Positions 58,907 through 64,000 of a DNA stretch of 64,000 nucleotides are shown one piece after another. Position numbers and translations under genes: made by a program. The notes below the pieces were generated by a model, which saw only the letters and a list, made by a program, of their open reading frames with translations, made no database searches and was not told the origin of the DNA. The DNA comes from Obrimoposthia wandeli (taxonomy: Eukaryota), in NCBI GenBank assembly GCA_977020255.1, contig CDROCS010001101.1, forward strand, positions 434,001 to 498,000, written 5' to 3'. Numbering within the stretch: the first letter of the stretch is position 1; each line of letters starts with the position of its first letter.

Positions 58907-60871
58907 TTAAAAGAGTCTATTAAGCTCTTTAAAAAACTTACCTTTAAGTTCATCTTTTTTCTCATCTGAACCAAGATACTTGTCCACCAGCTTATCTTTT
59001 TCTTTTTCAGCAAGTTGTTTGGTAATCGAACCAAAATCAACCTTAATACTTGGTGCTGCAAAACTGCCTTTTACATCAATTGGTAAACGTAAGTCTCGAA
59101 CTTCTTTCATTGTTGAACTCGATTGACCACCAATATTCTCAGCTACCGAGCCATTGAACGTGAAATCAAGCTTCTCACGCATCAAGTCTGCATAACCTTT
59201 ACCATCAACTTTGATCGCAGGTGAAGCCAAGTCAATCTTCGTTGATGTTAGCTTACCCGAGCCCAGTTTGAAGTTTGCCACCATTGCACTAAAGTCTGTT
59301 TGTTCAGTTTCATCAGCAGTTGTCTCTGATTTGCTGCTAAACATGGCAATCGCTTTACGCACTTCTTGCGCTACGTTAACCCCTAACACCGCACCATCAG
59401 TGAAGCTAGTATTGATTGTGCCCTTGGTCGCCGATTTAAGCTTAGTCGTAGTCAGACCTTTACCGCTTATGCGTACATCGACATCAACTAAGCCAGTGAG
59501 CATTTTCTTACCCGCTGCGATTGTAACAATTTTCTCTGATTGTACTTTTTCCAATGTGCTGTTCATATTGAAAGTCGCAGGTTGCTTGTTACTGTCTAAT
59601 AACGCTTTCACCATTAACTTACCTTCATACAAATCTGAAGATAGTTTAGTGAGTTGTAATACACCATCTTTAAGCTCACTTTCTAGCTTAATATTATCCA
59701 AGACATATTCGCCCTGTTTAATCTGCGTGATGGTTAATGTGCCTTTTTGATTAACACTTGATAAAGCACTTAGATCTGGTTCAACTTCTGCGTTCGAGTT
59801 TGTCGCTGCAGATTTAGTCGTCGCCGTCTGTTTAGCCTTGCCGCTTGCTGCTACTGAGCCATCTTTTGCTTTAACAGGCTCACTCTTAGGTAACCAGTCG
59901 TCAACAACCAGAGCATTCATTGCCAAATTATATTCTAAGCTTGGTTTAGCAAATACATCTACAGCCAAATCACCCGTGATAGTCAGTTCATCAACATCGA
60001 GTTTAAGCCCTGCTAATGTCATTTTTTTGTAAGCATTATCGTATGTCATGTCACCTTGCAATGAAATATTCATTTCTGGGCGCGGTAACATAGAGCCGGT
60101 TAGTGCCAACTTATTATCCAGTTGTGCTAATTTGATCTGGCTAAGTTGCTCATCAATAGTCAGTATCATGCTGGTGTTTAACTTAGCCGTTAACTCATTA
60201 GTACGGTAATTCGCTGCTAATGTAATAGTAACAGGCTTGTCGAAGGCAAATTCACCAACGGTTAAACTGCTGTCAGACAATTTATGATAAGTACCATCTT
60301 GACGATTATTCAATGATAATTGGGCATTGGTAATACTTACACCCTCCACTACAAACTGATATTCGCTTTTAGCGAGTTCACCTTCAGGCGTGACTTTAAT
60401 CGCTTGAATATCTTCATTAGTGATTACGGGTGCTTGTGATTCGGTGTCTACTGATGGTTCTGCTGGCGGTGCTAATGTCGCGAGTAACTCATCCATATTG
60501 TTACGACCATCAGCTAACGTTTCCACATTAACGGTTAAGCCATCCACTTGTACGTTTGTGACGACGATCGTTTTAGTAAATAGTGACATCAGCTCAACAG
60601 CTGCATGCACATTATTCACTTCGATTTGTTTAGAGTCTGCATATTCATGTTTATTAAATAAGGTAACCTTGCCTAATTCAAATCCAATTTGTGGATAAAA
60701 TGTAAGATTCAAATCACCTTCAATCGTCACATCTTGCTTTGTGAATTGTTTTGCTTGCTCAACCAAATTATCCTTAATTAATTCTTCATTAACGAAGAAT
60801 TTAATGGCAATAAAACCAGCGATAAAAATTATCGCAATGAGTCCGCCAATACCGAGCAGTACTTTTTTCAT
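58907..60871 (-). CDS. asmA: AsmA-family protein
   Basis: N-terminal TM, I.GDLNLTFYP, GAVLGVN, TDFS, GKGYADL; near dcd/udk. Confidence 0.85.
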   Translation of the reverse strand: MKKVLLGIGGLIAIIFIAGFIAIKFFVNEELIKDNLVEQAKQFTKQDVTIEGDLNLTFYPQIGFELGKVTLFNKHEYADSKQIEVNNVHAAVELMSLFTKTIVVTNVQVDGLTVNVETLADGRNNMDELLATLAPPAEPSVDTESQAPVITNEDIQAIKVTPEGELAKSEYQFVVEGVSITNAQLSLNNRQDGTYHKLSDSSLTVGEFAFDKPVTITLAANYRTNELTAKLNTSMILTIDEQLSQIKLAQLDNKLALTGSMLPRPEMNISLQGDMTYDNAYKKMTLAGLKLDVDELTITGDLAVDVFAKPSLEYNLAMNALVVDDWLPKSEPVKAKDGSVAASGKAKQTATTKSAATNSNAEVEPDLSALSSVNQKGTLTITQIKQGEYVLDNIKLESELKDGVLQLTKLSSDLYEGKLMVKALLDSNKQPATFNMNSTLEKVQSEKIVTIAAGKKMLTGLVDVDVRISGKGLTTTKLKSATKGTINTSFTDGAVLGVNVAQEVRKAIAMFSSKSETTADETEQTDFSAMVANFKLGSGKLTSTKIDLASPAIKVDGKGYADLMREKLDFTFNGSVAENIGGQSSSTMKEVRDLRLPIDVKGSFAAPSIKVDFGSITKQLAEKEKDKLVDKYLGSDEKKDELKGKFFKELNRLF

Positions 60872-61504
60872 CCTGAAACCACCTTATAAAAATACATCTT
60901 AATCAATAATGATAGCCTATTGACTACAATACCAACGCTATCTTGCTTAAGAATATCATGTAATTAGCAGAAAGCTGAAAGATTCACCATAAAATATCTT
61001 AACGTATTAAATAATGACTAATCGGTAATTCTATATTGCCTCGCATGTAACCATAGTGTGAGGTAACGAAACTGTTCGCTTAACATCCGTTTACAATTCG
61101 CTTAAAAAACAAACTTTAAATACATATTGAAATAACCGCGCCATTTAATCTTTATTCATAAATATAGCCAAAAGCCGATTGAGCAATCACAATTACTGCA
61201 TATCTACCGAATATCGAGATATAAAACTAGAAAAAACATACTATTCAATATAAAAACCACACTTTAAAACCTATTTATGTGATGCAAAACACCTAAAATA
61301 TCATAAAAAACTTTATTTCCATGACAGCTGACACAGTGTGTTAATAATATGTTTCTAAGATGTATGTTCGCAGTTACTATCTCCAACAATTGAGTGAATG
61401 ACAGCTATTAATGCCACTACTCAGCGCAATATAAATGGAATATGGGTGCTGCACTGTTATACCAACCTGGTTTTATGTGTAGACCCTATAAAGGGAAATA
61501 TTTG

Positions 61505-62896
61505 ATGAAAGATAATAATATTTACGCTGAATCAGCGCGTGAAATAAAAAATACCAACTCAGGTAATAAATCATTACTGCGATTTCTAATACCCTCGTTA
61601 ATCGGTTTATTTTTATTCATGACACCGATGAGCTATGAAGGCCAAATGACGATCCCGGTGGCTATTCTAGCTAAAGCATTATTGGCGTTATTGGATGGTT
61701 ATCTGCTTAACATCATCACGGTAATCATTTCGTTCATGGCTGTAGCCTCAACTTTGGCAGTGTTGATTAAGCCGACCTTTATCACTGAACGTGCATTTCT
61801 GAAAGAATTATTCATGCCTACACCACTTTGGTTAATCGTCAGATTGGTCAGCGCCGTGTTTACGATCGCCACCGTTTTTCAAATCGGTCCTGAATATATT
61901 TGGAATGCCAATACAGGTGGTCTGGTACTTAATGACTTATTGCCGACCCTATTCGCAGTATTCATCTTTGCTGGTTTGTTATTACCACTATTACTTAACT
62001 TTGGTTTATTGGAATTGTGCGGTGCGTTATGTACTAAAATCATGCGCCCTATCTTCAACCTACCAGGTCGTTCAGCAGTAGACTGTATTGCCTCTTGGTT
62101 AGGCGATGGCAGTGTGGGTATCTTATTAACGGATAAGCAATACCAAGAGAAGTTTTATACCCAGCGTGAAGCTGCCGTTGTTGGCACTACCTTCTCAGCC
62201 GTATCAATTACGTTTAGCTTGGTGGTTATTGCTCAGGTTAATTTAGAGCAATACTTCTTGCCTTACTATATGGCGATCACGTTATCAGGTATCATCGCTG
62301 CTATCATAGTGCCGAAGTTGCCGCCCTTGTGTTGGAAAAAAGACATCTATATTGATGGCTCTCCGAAAAAACACGATTTAGAAGCTATCCCAGCTGGTCA
62401 CACTGTTTTCTCATGGGGTATTGATCAAGCAGTTGATCGCGCATCAAAAGTAACATCATACAAAACAGTATTTATCGAAGGCCTGAAAAACGCGACACAC
62501 ATGGTATTCGGTATCTTACCTGTGGTAATGGCTATCGGTACTGTCGGCTTGCTTATCGCTGAGTACACATCGGTATTTTCCGTACTTGGTAAACCGTTTA
62601 TGTATTACCTTGATTTCATGAACGTACCAGAAGCTGCACTGGCATCTGAATCGTTAGTGGTTGGTTTTGCCGATATGTTTGTACCAAGTATTCTTGCTAC
62701 ATCGATGGAAAGTGATATGACGCGATTCATCATTGCTGGTGTATCAGTATCGCAACTTATCTATATGTCTGAAGTTGGCGCATTATTATTGGGCAGTAAA
62801 ATTCCGGTAAACATCGTCGATTTATTTATTATTTTCGTACTGCGTACCATCATCACATTACCTATCATCACAGGTGTGGCACATCTTATCTTTTAA
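61505..62896 (+). CDS. YjiH-family nucleoside-recognition (Gate) domain transporter (probable start MKDNN)
   Basis: PGRSAVDCIASWLG, FSAVS, GFADMFVP, YMSEVG. Confidence 0.82.
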   Translation: MKDNNIYAESAREIKNTNSGNKSLLRFLIPSLIGLFLFMTPMSYEGQMTIPVAILAKALLALLDGYLLNIITVIISFMAVASTLAVLIKPTFITERAFLKELFMPTPLWLIVRLVSAVFTIATVFQIGPEYIWNANTGGLVLNDLLPTLFAVFIFAGLLLPLLLNFGLLELCGALCTKIMRPIFNLPGRSAVDCIASWLGDGSVGILLTDKQYQEKFYTQREAAVVGTTFSAVSITFSLVVIAQVNLEQYFLPYYMAITLSGIIAAIIVPKLPPLCWKKDIYIDGSPKKHDLEAIPAGHTVFSWGIDQAVDRASKVTSYKTVFIEGLKNATHMVFGILPVVMAIGTVGLLIAEYTSVFSVLGKPFMYYLDFMNVPEAALASESLVVGFADMFVPSILATSMESDMTRFIIAGVSVSQLIYMSEVGALLLGSKIPVNIVDLFIIFVLRTIITLPIITGVAHLIF

Positions 62897-62947
62897 GTTG
62901 AAATGTTGATGTACTAAACGTAAGAAATAGAAAGAAACGTAAGACAA

Positions 62948-62984
62948 AAAAATGCCCATCACTATCACAGTGATGGGCATTTTT
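62948..62984. terminator. Bidirectional terminator between the yjiH-like gene and dcd
   Basis: AAAAATGCCCATCACT-N5-AGTGATGGGCATTTTT. Confidence 0.82.
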
Positions 62985-63051
62985 GTATTTGGATTAACAC
63001 TATATCAAGCATTGATTAAAGACAATACTTAGAGACAATGCTTAGAGACAA

Positions 63052-63654
63052 CTAAGCGTTTTGATTGTCGTTATCGTCTTGGTTAATACGACTTGAATCA
63101 GCACCATGTTGGTTTTTATACTTAGCGTCTTTACGTTGATTGTAAGGACGTGCAGCAGGTGCAGTCAGTGTTTCAAAGTTTAACGCGGCAATCGTCATTT
63201 TCGGACGTAATGCCAACGGTAATTTACCACTGTTATAAAATTCAAGTACGATACGGCCAGACCAGCCTGGATCAATACGATGTGCAGTAACATGCACCAT
63301 CAGACCCAAACGCGCTAATGACGAACGTCCATCTAACCAACCAACGATGTCTGCTGGTAGGGTTACTTTTTCAAATGTCACAGATAAAGCAAATTCACCT
63401 GGGTGCAAAATAAATGCTTCGCCGTCAGGTATAACAATTTCATCACTCATGACTTTATCAAGTTGGATAGCCACTTCTTCTTTGGGGCCACTCAAATCAA
63501 TATAAGGCGCATTGTGTGCTTGAAATACTCGGAATTCATGACCTAAAGTAACATCAACACTTACACCGCTAATTTTACTTTGGTCAGGTTTTGGTTCAAT
63601 CGTAATTCGACCATCATCTAAGTATTTTTCAATATCTGTATCGCACAGGCGCAT
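63052..63654 (-). CDS. dcd: dCTP deaminase
   Basis: [26 protein letters not shown]. Confidence 0.97.
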   Translation of the reverse strand: MRLCDTDIEKYLDDGRITIEPKPDQSKISGVSVDVTLGHEFRVFQAHNAPYIDLSGPKEEVAIQLDKVMSDEIVIPDGEAFILHPGEFALSVTFEKVTLPADIVGWLDGRSSLARLGLMVHVTAHRIDPGWSGRIVLEFYNSGKLPLALRPKMTIAALNFETLTAPAARPYNQRKDAKYKNQHGADSSRINQDDNDNQNA

Positions 63655-63683
63655 TTTATCTCTCTTTAATAGATGCTGTGTTA

Positions 63684-64000
63684 TTAGTCATTTAATAACT
63701 GACAAATTTTTGCTTTTAATGTATCAATCGCAAAACGGTTCTTCCCACCACGTGGCACAATAAGATCTGCATATTGTTTTGATGGTTCAATGAACTGTAG
63801 GAACATTGGACGTACCGTATCATTATATTGTTCAATAACCGATTCCATTGTTCTGCCACGTTCTGCAACATCACGTTGTAAACGTCGAACAAAACAAATA
63901 TCTAACGGTGTATCCATAAATACACTTGCGTGAATAATGTTACGGATAGTTGGATCTGTCAGTAATAAAATACCTTCTAAAATGATCACTTTCTTCGGTG
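63684..64000 (-). CDS. udk: Uridine kinase, 3' part (runs off window)
   Basis: [37 protein letters not shown]. Confidence 0.95.
   Translation of the reverse strand, partial: PKKVIILEGILLLTDPTIRNIIHASVFMDTPLDICFVRRLQRDVAERGRTMESVIEQYNDTVRPMFLQFIEPSKQYADLIVPRGGKNRFAIDTLKAKICQLLND

Noticed and set aside
354-60698. Many short ORFs antisense to or nested in long genes (e.g. 1399-1770, 7152-7532, 42683-43054, 59211-59750)
   Set aside because: Shadow frames of well-supported genes with no motifs of their own.
61143-61160. ArgR box upstream of the transporter
   Set aside because: A single AT-rich box lacking a conserved G and the usual tandem partner.

Overview
About 64 kb of chromosome from an AT-rich marine gammaproteobacterium; gene content and style suggest Moritella or a relative (inference). 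The conserved backbone runs: ycjF (partial), ycjX, a membrane hydrolase, a DEAD-box helicase, nirC-nirD-nirB, three tandem Cache-HAMP-HD-GYP phosphodiesterase paralogues, a glycogen operon (CBM48 protein, glgB, glgP, glgC, glgA, no glgX) and dcuA-aspA. From about 30.2 to 41.3 kb lies an AT-rich accessory region of mostly minus-strand orphan genes (DUF4041/GIY-YIG, SEC-C, DUF4238-like, small membrane proteins). They are separated by decayed integron attC-like sites, and no integrase is present. Interleaved with them is a second, unexplained non-coding repeat family built on GGCTTAG/CTAAGCC arms, with six copies in two orientations (the sixth at 45.2 kb). The right half holds a signal-less 5'-nucleotidase, ECH/LysR, an orphan Imm51-like gene, an HDOD protein, tus with a Ter-like leader motif, Bcr/CflA-MarR, an orphan VIP2/C3-like ADP-ribosyltransferase, tapT, MOSC, sbcB, asmA, a YjiH-like transporter, dcd and udk (partial). 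No rRNA, tRNA, CRISPR array, transposase or integrase was seen. All family assignments are by eye from remembered motifs; no searches were run.
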